NCBI GenBank assembly: GCA_030605095.1
Contig: JAUWBJ010000002.1
Coordinates: 2,355 to 66,354 of the forward strand
Length of the DNA: 64,000 nucleotides
Origin: Candidatus Omnitrophota bacterium
GTDB taxonomy: Bacteria > Omnitrophota > Gorgyraeia > JABMRN01 > RBG-13-46-9
Reading direction: 5' to 3'
Part shown: positions 45,147 through 54,264 of the stretch, in pieces
How the letters are laid out: each line of letters opens with the position of its first letter
Position numbering within the stretch: the stretch's first letter is position 1
Program-made: the position numbers and the translations under genes
The notes under the pieces: model-generated
The model's database searches: none
Told to the model about the DNA's origin: nothing
The model's input: the letters and a program-made list of their open reading frames with translations, nothing else

Positions 45147-45250
45147 TGTCGCGAAGCGGCCGTTCGACAGGCTCAGGGCCGTCCTGCGAAGTCCCGAGCG
45201 GAGCGAGGGGAGCGAGGTCAAAGGACGACACCCATGTAAAGAGGATGGAA

Positions 45251-46171
45251 TTAGAAAGAATACATAAGCGATGAAATAAAATATAAATCGTTTTTGTCAG
45301 TATCGTTAGGGGGACTCGAATTATATTCATCAATAAAGCCTAAACGAAGTGATAATATTTTATTGAGAGATACGGTAAACGCCGTTTCTGAACGTATTCT
45401 GTAAGATCCTGAATTGATTAATGTAGGATAGAAATATAAATCCTCCGAAAATGTTGCGTTCTTGAATATGGTCTGTTCGTAAAATAGTCTCGGTATCAGG
45501 ACCATCTTACTCGTATTTTTTGTCTCGTCCCTATAATCCGTATGTTCCAAACCTACAGCGATTTCGGTTATAAGTTTAGTTTTAGGTAAACCAAAAAACC
45601 AATACCCCAATCCTGTTGCGGGGATAAACCTGTAATCCACGTTGGCAAATCTGTCATGGTCGGCTTCTAACCTATAAAAATGATACCATGCCTTTCTTGG
45701 ACCAAGGCTAAACGCATAACGACCCATTCCATACCATTTCTGTGCATCCATTTTTTTATTCGACGATGAGTAGAGTATGTCTCCTTTAAAAGTCCACTCA
45801 TCAATATGTTTATTGTTTCTGTTAAGAAAGGCACTTAGAGAGAATTGTTCGGTTCTAGCATTACCCCTAGTCGCATTATAACCGACCGATATTTCCCTTT
45901 TCCACTGTATAGCTTTTTCTTCTTTGCTAATAGCTTCTCGAATATTTTTATCTGTAAGAATCTTATTTACAAATTTCTTATTCACAGTTATCGAACCCAT
46001 TGCTGCAGTTTCTATTAGTATACTATTTTCATCTTGTTTTATTATTTTTCCACTTAATCTATCTCCGTTCTTGAGATAAACTTCATCTGCATGAACATTT
46101 TGTAATGTTGGCAATAAAAATAAGACTAGTGTTGTAACTATAATTGTAAATTGAGCAAAATATTTTTTCAT
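45251..46171 (-). CDS. DUF481-like outer-membrane beta-barrel protein
   Basis: Signal peptide, DEVYLKNGDRLSG, GLGYWF, terminal YSF. Confidence 0.82.
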   Translation of the reverse strand: MKKYFAQFTIIVTTLVLFLLPTLQNVHADEVYLKNGDRLSGKIIKQDENSILIETAAMGSITVNKKFVNKILTDKNIREAISKEEKAIQWKREISVGYNATRGNARTEQFSLSAFLNRNNKHIDEWTFKGDILYSSSNKKMDAQKWYGMGRYAFSLGPRKAWYHFYRLEADHDRFANVDYRFIPATGLGYWFFGLPKTKLITEIAVGLEHTDYRDETKNTSKMVLIPRLFYEQTIFKNATFSEDLYFYPTLINSGSYRIRSETAFTVSLNKILSLRLGFIDEYNSSPPNDTDKNDLYFISSLMYSF

Positions 46172-46209
46172 ATTTAAGTATGCCTACTGTATCTTTCAAA
46201 CATTCCCTA

Positions 46210-47472
46210 TCAAGACTGGCGGTGGTGTTGGCGGTAGTGTTGGCGGTGTCTATGCCCGTGGAATCTCGAGTGTCTTCTTCGTCTTCCTTGGTACGGTTTT
46301 TGGCTCTGGTGATATTTTGATTCTTCAATAAATTTTTCTTTTGGAAATTCAGGGTGTTCTACTATCGGCAAGGCAGTCTTAATAAGTTTTTCAATGCTTC
46401 TGACATCCTTGCCCTGCTCAGGTGTCGCAAAAGATATAGCACGGCCTTCGTGCCCCGCGCGGCCTGTGCGGCCAATACGATGCACATAATGCTCAGTGTC
46501 ATCCGGGAGATCATAGTTTATAACAAGCTCTATGCCTGTAACATCAATGCCCCTGGCAGCAATATCAGTGGCAACAAGTATCTTATACTTTCCTGATTTA
46601 AAACCATCCAGGGCCTCTTTTCTCTGGGCAAGTGAACGGTTTGAGTGAATCTCAGCAGCTCTGTAGTTCATTCGCTGTAAGCCGCGTGCAGTCTTTTTAG
46701 CGCCCATTTTTGTCCGGGTGAAGATAAGTACCGGACCGTGATAGCGGTCAAGCAGCTTTATTAAAAGCTGACGCTTTGAGCTTTGCTTAACAATAAAGAC
46801 TTCCTGTATAATGCGCTCCGCAGTAGTTCCTGAGGGAGCGACTTCAACATGTACAGGGAGCTTCATGTGCGCGGCTGCCATTCTCACGATTTCTCCTGGT
46901 ATAGTTGCGGAAAAAAGCATGGTCTGTCTGCTTCGTGGAACAAATTTAATAATTCTTTCAATCTGCGGCAGAAATCCCATGTCAAGCATACGATCCGCCT
47001 CATCCAAAACCAGGACATTTACATCAGCCAAAAGAACTGTGCGTCGCTCCATGTGATCGACAAGACGTCCGGGAGTAGCAACCAGAACACGCGGGTTTTT
47101 TCTTAATGCTTTTAGCTGCAGATGCATGGATGCACCGCCTATAATAACAACTGTCTTTATGCCAAACGGCTGGGCAATCTTCTGAAACACCTCATTAACC
47201 TGAGTAGCAAGCTCCCTGGTAGGTACAAGAATCAGCGCGCGGCCCTTTCTCTGGGAAAGGCGCTGGATAATAGGAATGGTAAAGGCAAGTGTCTTGCCAG
47301 TGCCGGTCTGCGCAACTCCTATAATATCTTTGTCTTCTATGGCAATGGGTATGGTTTTATGTTGAATCGGCGTAGGAACCGTAAACTTCATTCGATCCAG
47401 TATGTCCAGTATTCTCGGGGCAATCCCAAGGCCGTAAAAAGAAATGTTTGTCTGGCGTTGAATTTGTGTCAT
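46210..47472 (-). CDS. DEAD-box RNA helicase (RhlE-like)
   Basis: AQTGTGKT, PTRELA, DEAD, HRIGRTGRAG. Confidence 0.95.
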   Translation of the reverse strand: MTQIQRQTNISFYGLGIAPRILDILDRMKFTVPTPIQHKTIPIAIEDKDIIGVAQTGTGKTLAFTIPIIQRLSQRKGRALILVPTRELATQVNEVFQKIAQPFGIKTVVIIGGASMHLQLKALRKNPRVLVATPGRLVDHMERRTVLLADVNVLVLDEADRMLDMGFLPQIERIIKFVPRSRQTMLFSATIPGEIVRMAAAHMKLPVHVEVAPSGTTAERIIQEVFIVKQSSKRQLLIKLLDRYHGPVLIFTRTKMGAKKTARGLQRMNYRAAEIHSNRSLAQRKEALDGFKSGKYKILVATDIAARGIDVTGIELVINYDLPDDTEHYVHRIGRTGRAGHEGRAISFATPEQGKDVRSIEKLIKTALPIVEHPEFPKEKFIEESKYHQSQKPYQGRRRRHSRFHGHRHRQHYRQHHRQS

Positions 47473-47680
47473 TATAGTTCATAATAACACTATTGGATGG
47501 CATTGTATACAACTATTATTTTCTTATGATGGGCGCAAGAAGTGTTTGAAATTTATCTATGTTTGTAACTATATGTAAAATAAGCAGTTAGGTAAGTCAA
47601 AAATTAATGGCGGAGAGGCAGGGACAAGCCCCCGTTCCTATTCAAAACTGCCCTTTTAACAGCAATTTTAACACCAGATT

Positions 47681-48370
47681 TCACTTGTTGTGCTCCAATA
47701 GCTCTATTATCTCATCTTCCTCGATAGCCCTAAGATTCTCTATTACCTTCTTACGCCATTGTCTGTGTATTTTATTGAAAATACTATTTATTTCATCTTG
47801 GTAATTATGTCGCAATAGTTCTCGAAATACTCGCAGTGCACCTTCGATATCTCTATCATGTTTATCTATTTTTCTCCTTCGTTTGAATATGATGAATTTA
47901 TGTAATGCATATGCGGCAGGATGGGGCAATCTTATATGTAATCTTTCCGCATTAACGGATATAGTATTAGCGATGAGGAAATCTAAAAATCGTAACGGCT
48001 GCGCATTTATCGCAAGTTGTGGAATAGGATATGGTTTATCATGTCCGCGTCCTCTTTCTGGAACAAGAAACTCAATAGTTAAATCGGGATGTTCGAGTTT
48101 TATATAACCTTTAGAGCCTTTATATGTTTCAAGAAACCCTAAATCTTCTACTAGATTAAAAATATTGATTTCTTTATCAAACTTAAATGGTACGGGTATT
48201 AAAAAATCGATGTCTTTGGTTCTGATATATGTAGAATACTCTTTGGATTTGAAATAATATTTATAAAAATAGATAGTCCAACTGCCGATTAAAACAATGT
48301 GTCTAAGTATACCAACTTTCTCAAACCTATTTAAAACTTCTAGGCATATATTAAACGTCTTCTTTTCCAT
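47681..48370 (-). CDS. GSU2403-like nucleotidyltransferase-fold protein
   Basis: LIGSW, RTKDIDF, EFLVPERG, PHPAAYALHK, KHDRD. Confidence 0.78.
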   Translation of the reverse strand: MEKKTFNICLEVLNRFEKVGILRHIVLIGSWTIYFYKYYFKSKEYSTYIRTKDIDFLIPVPFKFDKEINIFNLVEDLGFLETYKGSKGYIKLEHPDLTIEFLVPERGRGHDKPYPIPQLAINAQPLRFLDFLIANTISVNAERLHIRLPHPAAYALHKFIIFKRRRKIDKHDRDIEGALRVFRELLRHNYQDEINSIFNKIHRQWRKKVIENLRAIEEDEIIELLEHNK

Positions 48371-48671
48371 GCAATGACTTCCTTAGAAATTTTATTCTCT
48401 TGCTTAACTGGCGAATCATTTCTTTATACTTTGCTCTGAGTCGTTTTGATTTTTTGAATTCAGCAATAAATTCTTTTGATAATTTCTTACCTTTGTAAAC
48501 AAATTTAACACGTTTCCCGTCTCTATAAGCCAGATAATAATATTTATAACCTTTTATTTCTTTCTCTATTAGGCTACCACCCGGATATTTTTTAAGAGCC
48601 TTTTCGTAGTCCTTTTTTAACCTTATAGAATTCTCAAGCTCTTCCCTAAGAACCCCTTTAATAACACCCAT
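48351..48671 (-). CDS. Small basic protein, putative antitoxin/regulator
   Basis: PGGSLIEKEIKGYKYYYLAYRDGKRVKFVYKG; overlaps the downstream nucleotidyltransferase gene. Confidence 0.7.
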   Translation of the reverse strand: MGVIKGVLREELENSIRLKKDYEKALKKYPGGSLIEKEIKGYKYYYLAYRDGKRVKFVYKGKKLSKEFIAEFKKSKRLRAKYKEMIRQLSKRIKFLRKSLHGKEDV

Positions 48672-48687
48672 GACAATACTCCATTTT

Positions 48688-48789
48688 GTTACCAAACAAA
48701 TTACTAGATATAGTATACCTTGTTTGGCAACAAAAGTCAAGTAAAGTTACCAAACAAAATTGTAAAATGTAGGGTATTTGTTTGGTAAC
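48688..48789 (-). promoter_or_regulatory. Promoter with two tandem inverted-repeat operators
   Basis: GTTACCAAACAA-N20-TTGTTTGG(C/T)AAC twice (48688-48731, 48746-48789); TTGACT-17-TATACT at 48740-48712. Confidence 0.75.
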
Positions 48790-48843
48790 AAGTCTAAAAA
48801 ATTACCCAACAACATTGTTTGTTTTAGGTATTATTGGGTAATA

Positions 48844-48931
<88 letters not shown>

Positions 48932-48940
48932 AAAATCACG

Positions 48941-49027
48941 CGGAAGGAGCAGGATTCGAACCTGCGGTACTCGTTAAAGTACAGACGCTTTCGAGGCGTC
49001 CGGTTTAAACCACTCACCCATCCTTCC
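48941..49027 (-). tRNA. tRNA-Ser(CGA)
   Basis: GACGC-CTCGAAA-GCGTC anticodon arm. Confidence 0.95.
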
Positions 49028-49045
49028 ACAATTTATAAAGAACGT

Positions 49046-49477
49046 TTAAGAAGATTTTAACTTCATTATCCTGCTATTCGCAGGATCGAGTTTACATATT
49101 CTATTTTTTTTATGTTCTAAAACCTTTGGAGCGTTTACTACTTCCTCGAAGCCTCCTCTTTTAAGAAAAGCAGGTTTGTGACTAATGCTGTATATGGGTT
49201 TTTCGGGATTTTGTCTTTTTGCCTCTTCAGTCAGAAATAAAAGCATCTTTACGCCAATGCCTTTTCCTCGGTGGTAATAATCAACGCCTAAAGACGCTAT
49301 TTCAAAATATTCCTTATGGTCCTTTATTCTCCCGAATGCGACTGTTTTACCACTATTTTTTGCAACAAAAAATTGTTTCCAGTTCACGTCGGCGCTATCC
49401 AGAATATATTTTTTCAGTTTTTCTTGAATATAGGGCCAGTCTTTTTCTTTCGCTCTTTCTATTTTTATCTCTTCCAT
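49046..49477 (-). CDS. GNAT acetyltransferase
   Basis: EIASLGVDYYHRGKGIG motif A. Confidence 0.85.
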   Translation of the reverse strand: MEEIKIERAKEKDWPYIQEKLKKYILDSADVNWKQFFVAKNSGKTVAFGRIKDHKEYFEIASLGVDYYHRGKGIGVKMLLFLTEEAKRQNPEKPIYSISHKPAFLKRGGFEEVVNAPKVLEHKKNRICKLDPANSRIMKLKSS

Positions 49478-49536
49478 ATACAATTCATATTCCGCACTTT
49501 TTTCGCCGAGACCAAATCCATTCAAGAATAGTATTG

Positions 49537-49705
49537 TCTACTCCCCCTTCCTATTAGGAAGGGACACAGGCCGCCGCAGGCGGCCGTCATAAGGGAAACC
49601 TTGGGTTTCCCTTTGAAATGATTTGGCGTCAGCCTCAGCCGAAGGCTGAGGTTTCTGCCGAAAAAAGAGAATCCCACACTTTTTTCAGCAGAAACCAAAT
49701 CAGTA
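49537..49705 (-). repeat. tRNA 3'-associated multi-hairpin repeat (long copy 1)
   Basis: Alignable over about 165 bp with 53703-53868. Confidence 0.85.
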
Positions 49706-49711
49706 CAAGAG

Positions 49712-49799
49712 CGGAGAGGGTGGGATTCGAACCCACGTGACTCGTGAGAGTCAAACGGTTTTCAAGACCGCCCGGTTATAGCCACTTCCGTACCTCTCC
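49712..49799 (-). tRNA. tRNA-Ser(TGA), no encoded CCA
   Basis: GCGGT-CTTGAAA-ACCGT anticodon arm. Confidence 0.95.
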
Positions 49800-49804
49800 C
49801 TCCT

Positions 49805-50467
49805 TTAAGTAAGTAACCCACTAAAAATATTTGAATAAATATCTTTTGAATAAATAAATGTCTTTTTTGCAAAAGCTACAAAAGATATATCCTTGGAGAT
49901 AAAACTCAAAGCTAAAAACGCAATAGAGATATTTGCTACATATATAAGAAGAACGGAAAATAGATACCCTGTTCTCAAGATATCGGGCTGTCGCCTTTTC
50001 ATTACTTCTACAGTCATAATAAGATGGAAACTAATCGCAAATCCTATTAAGAAAATAAACTCATTAGAAAATTTCGACATATTATAAAATCTGGACAGAA
50101 TCCAGTATAATAAAAACAAGAGCATTGCGTGAATCGGCACGAAATAAGGGCTTAACCTGATAAACAAATTGGTTTTTGTCGCCGCAACAGTCCCGCCCTC
50201 ATGCGAGATCTGAAAAGATGTTACTTTGCCGCCGCAAAGCCATATTGCTAGTACATGAACTACCTCATGGCCCCACGCGTAGATATACATGGGTTTTAAA
50301 AAAATTATATGGAAAATCGGATAGACAAAAAATCCGCCTACAAGCCAAAGGAAATTAACATTGACGAAATCCAAATGTCGCAGGCCTTGAAGGAATGCCT
50401 TTGTCGACGATATGACAACGGGGATAAAAAAAATGGCGATAAGTACTTTGAAAATCTTGCCAAACAT
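49805..50467 (-). CDS. Membrane protein with HExxH motif (M50B-like)
   Basis: YAWGHEVVH, LSPYFVP. Confidence 0.7.
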   Translation of the reverse strand: MFGKIFKVLIAIFFIPVVISSTKAFLQGLRHLDFVNVNFLWLVGGFFVYPIFHIIFLKPMYIYAWGHEVVHVLAIWLCGGKVTSFQISHEGGTVAATKTNLFIRLSPYFVPIHAMLLFLLYWILSRFYNMSKFSNEFIFLIGFAISFHLIMTVEVMKRRQPDILRTGYLFSVLLIYVANISIAFLALSFISKDISFVAFAKKTFIYSKDIYSNIFSGLLT

Positions 50468-50470
50468 ATT

Positions 50471-51748
50471 TTATGCAGGTTTTATCACTTTAAGCCTGTC
50501 TAAATAAAAACGTAACGGTCTCGGAATGTTTACGCTGCCGTCCTTATTCTGGTGAATCTCTAAAATAGCGATTACAAGCCGCGCTAAAGCAACGCCTGAA
50601 CCATTTAGCGTATGAATATATTGTAGCTTCTTCGATTCTTTAGACTTAAATTTTATGTTTATCCTGCGAGCCTGAAAATCCGTAAAGTTGGAACAACTCG
50701 ATACCTCAAGCCATTTTTTTATGCCCGGAGCCCAGAGTTCTATATCGTAACACTTGCTTGCCGCAAAACTCAAGTCACCCGTAGAAAGCGCGACAACCCT
50801 GTAAGGCAATTCCAGCGCCCGAATTACCTCTTCGGCATCATTTAAGAGTTTTTCAAGTTCGTCATAAGAGGTTTCGGGTTTTACAAATTTGACCAGTTCA
50901 ACCTTATCGAACTGGTGAACCCTCGTAAGGCCTTTTGTGTCTTTTCCGTATGAACCGGCTTCCCGCCTGAAACATGCCGTATACGCCGTATAACAGATGG
51001 GCAGGCGCTCTTCTTCTAAAACTTCATTTGCGTGAATATTCGTAACAGGAACCTCTGCTGTCGGAACTAAAAAGAGGTCCTCGTCTTTTAATCTATACAT
51101 ATCCTCCTCTAATTTTGGAAGCTGTCCTGTTCCGGTCATGCTTCTTCGGTTTACCAAGAACGGAGGAAATACCTCTGTATAACCGTGCTTTTTTGTATGT
51201 AAATCCAGCATAAAATTGAATAGGGCCCGTTCGAGCCGCGCGCCTAATCCTTTATATAAGACAAAGCCGGTTCCTGCGATTTTTGCGGCTCTTCCAAAGT
51301 CGAAAATATCCAAAATCTCGCCGATTTCCATATGTGTTCTTGGCTCAAACTTAAATTTCGGCAATTTACCACATTCTTTAACCACTTTATTTGACTCCGG
51401 GCCAAGCCCTACAGGAATAGATTTATGGGGTATATTTGGGATATTATATATAAAATCCTTGAATTTTTGCTCTATTCCCTCCACTTTAGCTTCAATTTCG
51501 CCTATTTTTTGGGATACGCCCTTCATAGAGCTGATTAACTCCTTTGGATTCTTCTTTTCCCGCATCATCTTACCGATTTTATCGGAAACTTCGTTCTTCT
51601 GACGCTTTAAGCTTTCCACTTCCGTAAGAAGTTTGCGCCTTTCTTTGTCTATTTTCAAGAATTCGTCAATATCTACCTTTTCACCCTTATCCCTTGCGGC
51701 TTTCTTTACTACTTCCGGATTCTCCCGTATAAACTTTATATCAAGCAT
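50471..51748 (-). CDS. serS: Seryl-tRNA synthetase
   Basis: [29 protein letters not shown]. Confidence 0.97.
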   Translation of the reverse strand: MLDIKFIRENPEVVKKAARDKGEKVDIDEFLKIDKERRKLLTEVESLKRQKNEVSDKIGKMMREKKNPKELISSMKGVSQKIGEIEAKVEGIEQKFKDFIYNIPNIPHKSIPVGLGPESNKVVKECGKLPKFKFEPRTHMEIGEILDIFDFGRAAKIAGTGFVLYKGLGARLERALFNFMLDLHTKKHGYTEVFPPFLVNRRSMTGTGQLPKLEEDMYRLKDEDLFLVPTAEVPVTNIHANEVLEEERLPICYTAYTACFRREAGSYGKDTKGLTRVHQFDKVELVKFVKPETSYDELEKLLNDAEEVIRALELPYRVVALSTGDLSFAASKCYDIELWAPGIKKWLEVSSCSNFTDFQARRINIKFKSKESKKLQYIHTLNGSGVALARLVIAILEIHQNKDGSVNIPRPLRFYLDRLKVIKPA

Positions 51749-51757
51749 AACTTCCCC

Positions 51758-53212
51758 TCACCCTTTTAACACGCAAAGTGGTCGCATACGAGCTACCCGC
51801 TTCGATATACCTGCTTCATGAACGACATGAACAACTTCAGTTACATTCTTATAAGCTTCCGGTGCCTCTTCGGCTAATGTGCCGCGGCCCGCAGCCATCA
51901 CTGATATTCCTTTCTCGGCAAGTTCCCCGGAAATAGACCTTCCCCGACACGCGGAGATAGCTGCTTTTCTTGACATAAGCCGGCCTGCACCGTGGCAGGT
52001 GCTAAAAAACGTTTCTTCGGCTTTCTGGGTTCCGACTAATAAAAACGAATGCCTTCCCATATCACCCGGTATTATAACGGGCTGGCCTATTTCTTTATAC
52101 TTTGACGGTAAATCAGGATGGCCTGGAGGGAAAGCGCGTGTCGCGCCTTTTCTGTGCACGCATAAAAGTTTTTCTTTTTCGTCAATGTTATATTTTTCAA
52201 ATTTTGCTATATTATGGGCGACATCGTAAATCAAGTCCATTCCTAAATCTTTAGAGCTCCTGTTAAAAAATTTCTCAAAAACCTCACGCACAAGATGCAT
52301 AAGGCACTGTCTATTATTCCAGGCATAGTTTGCCGCGCACTTCATCGCGCCAATGTAAGCTTGCCCTTCCGGCGACCTCACCGGAGCGCAGGCAAGTTGT
52401 CTATCAGGAACAGAAATTCCATATTTACTTAGCACGCCAATCATGCCCTTTGAATACTCATCGCATATCTGATGACCAAAACCGCGCGAACCGGAATGTA
52501 TCATTATTGTAATCTGGCCTTTTTCAATATTAAAAATTTCCGCACATTTTTCGTCATAGATTTCGTCTACAAGCTGAATTTCAATAAAATGATTTCCGCT
52601 TCCGAGCGTCCCTGATTGCTTTTTTCCTCTCTGATACGCTCTATCGGAAACCTTCGACGGATCTGCGCCTTGCATTTGTCCGTTTTCTTCGGTGCACTCC
52701 AGATCTTCTTTTGTACCAAATCCTTTACTGACAGCCCATTTTGCGCCGTTTGTTAATATTTTTCTCTCTTCATTAACGTCAACTCTGATTTTTCCTTCGG
52801 AGCCGAGACCGGCTGGGACGTGGTTGTAGAGGGCAGTGACTAAATCTTTAATTCGCGGCTTTATTTCTTTTTCAGTCAGGTTTGTTTTTACAAGCCGGAC
52901 GCCACAATTGATATCGTAACCCACGCCGCCTGGCGTAATTACGCCTCCATCTTCGATATCAGTTGCCACAACGCCGCCTATGGGTAGCCCATAACCCCAG
53001 TGAATGTCAGGCATTGCCAATGAATACTTTACAATTCCCGGAAAGTGCGCCGCATTCGCGACTTGTTGCGGCGCTCTGTCGCGTTCTATACTCTCAAGCA
53101 AATTCTTGTCAGCGTAAATTACGCCAGGCACTCGCATACCCGGCATATAGCTCTTAGGTATGCACCATCTGTAATCGTCTATTTTTTCTAACCGGCCCTG
53201 CCAGATTTGCAT
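51758..53212 (-). CDS. rtcB: RtcB RNA ligase
   Basis: MPDIHWGYG, GYDINCG, GSGNHF, HSGSRG, HRKGATR, HGAGR. Confidence 0.96.
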   Translation of the reverse strand: MQIWQGRLEKIDDYRWCIPKSYMPGMRVPGVIYADKNLLESIERDRAPQQVANAAHFPGIVKYSLAMPDIHWGYGLPIGGVVATDIEDGGVITPGGVGYDINCGVRLVKTNLTEKEIKPRIKDLVTALYNHVPAGLGSEGKIRVDVNEERKILTNGAKWAVSKGFGTKEDLECTEENGQMQGADPSKVSDRAYQRGKKQSGTLGSGNHFIEIQLVDEIYDEKCAEIFNIEKGQITIMIHSGSRGFGHQICDEYSKGMIGVLSKYGISVPDRQLACAPVRSPEGQAYIGAMKCAANYAWNNRQCLMHLVREVFEKFFNRSSKDLGMDLIYDVAHNIAKFEKYNIDEKEKLLCVHRKGATRAFPPGHPDLPSKYKEIGQPVIIPGDMGRHSFLLVGTQKAEETFFSTCHGAGRLMSRKAAISACRGRSISGELAEKGISVMAAGRGTLAEEAPEAYKNVTEVVHVVHEAGISKRVARMRPLCVLKG

Positions 53213-53213
53213 A

Positions 53214-53630
53214 TTACACGTCAAATACTATATCTACGCTACACCCTTCGTCCGACTCTCTTATATTAAGGTCGTGGTATGTAGCCGCTTTTATCTCGGT
53301 TTTTAATCTGTTTCTGTTTTCTCCGATATGCCTGCCGTAGACTTTCACCATAAGTTGCTCTTCGCTTAAGAAACTGACCTCAAATTCAAAAAATATAATG
53401 CCTTTTGTGTAGAAATTATAGAGTAGCTCGTCCAGCCAGGAAACTAAAAGCTCCTCTTTCGAAGGAGCTTTTAAATTTACGTCTATGGATACGGAACTTT
53501 TTAAGCCTTCAAGGTCGGCTATGATATCGAACATTCCATAAGCTGCGTTAATAAAAAGTTCCTTTAAATCCTTGCCGTATACTCTAATTGCTATGTCCGC
53601 CGTGTGCGGAATCTGTTCATACCGCTTCAT
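53214..53630 (-). CDS. Archease
   Basis: HTADIAI, WLDELLY, EIKAATYH, VFDV C-terminus. Confidence 0.95.
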   Translation of the reverse strand: MKRYEQIPHTADIAIRVYGKDLKELFINAAYGMFDIIADLEGLKSSVSIDVNLKAPSKEELLVSWLDELLYNFYTKGIIFFEFEVSFLSEEQLMVKVYGRHIGENRNRLKTEIKAATYHDLNIRESDEGCSVDIVFDV

Positions 53631-53702
53631 ATTTTTCCTCTAATGGGAAAAAGATTGTTAAGAAAAAACCGTAGGTTTTGTCTTAACTCTAGATTGCGTT
53701 AT

Positions 53703-53868
53703 TCTACTCCCCTTCCTATTAGGAGGGGGTACAGCGAGCGAAGCGAGCGTCATAGGGGGGAACCTGGGTTCCCCTTTGAAATGATTTGGCGTCAGCCTCA
53801 GCCGAAGGCTGAGGTTCCTATTGAAAAAAGAGAATCCCGCACTTTTTTCGGCAGGAACCAAATCAGTA
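53703..53868 (-). repeat. tRNA 3'-associated multi-hairpin repeat (long copy 2)
   Basis: Homologous to 49537-49705. Confidence 0.85.
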
Positions 53869-53875
53869 TAAGAAG

Positions 53876-54235
53876 TACCCCGCAGAGGACTCGAACCTCT
53901 CACAATCGCCTTAAACACTATTGTTACCCTACCATAAGATAGAGGGCCAATTCGGTTATATTGGCCTCTGCATATCGCTATGCAGGTCAGACTATACAAT
54001 CTTCGCGAAATATAAAATTTCACGAAGTCCTGATTATAGTCGTTGAACCTCCCCCGTTCTTGCACGCAAGGGCGGGGTTTGGCTGCGGATTGTCTGCATC
54101 GCTGTATTTTTACCTGATACGGTAACAGCGAATACGCCAGAGTTTCCCGCAATTTACAGGATTTTCATCTATTAGTTACCTAATAGCGCCCCTTATTAAA
54201 AAAGGGCGGTGCTCTACCAGATGAGCTAGCGGGGC
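53876..54235 (-). tRNA. tRNA-Lys(TTT) split by a group I intron (exons 54235-54203 and 53915-53876)
   Basis: Joined exons give a 73-nt cloverleaf: GCCCCGC/GCGGGGT, loop CT^TTTAA, AGAGG-TTCGAGT-CCTCT. Confidence 0.9.
53916..54202 (-). ncRNA. Group I self-splicing intron, 287 nt, no endonuclease ORF
   Basis: P1 CGCCCU/GGGGCG with U-G at the splice site; P AAUUGCGGGAAA, Q AAUCCGCAGC, R GUUCAACGACUA, S GUAUAGUCU; terminal G. Confidence 0.9.
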
Positions 54236-54264
54236 ACGATTTAACCTTCTTCCAAAGAACAATT

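Noticed and set aside
46218-46248. 12-bp tandem repeat in the DEAD-box helicase tail
   Set aside because: Encodes an ordinary low-complexity HRQH tail
53604-54152. ORFs 53604..53942 (+) and 53658..54152 (-)
   Set aside because: They overlie the tRNA-Lys exon, group I intron and trailer repeat, and have no protein motifs
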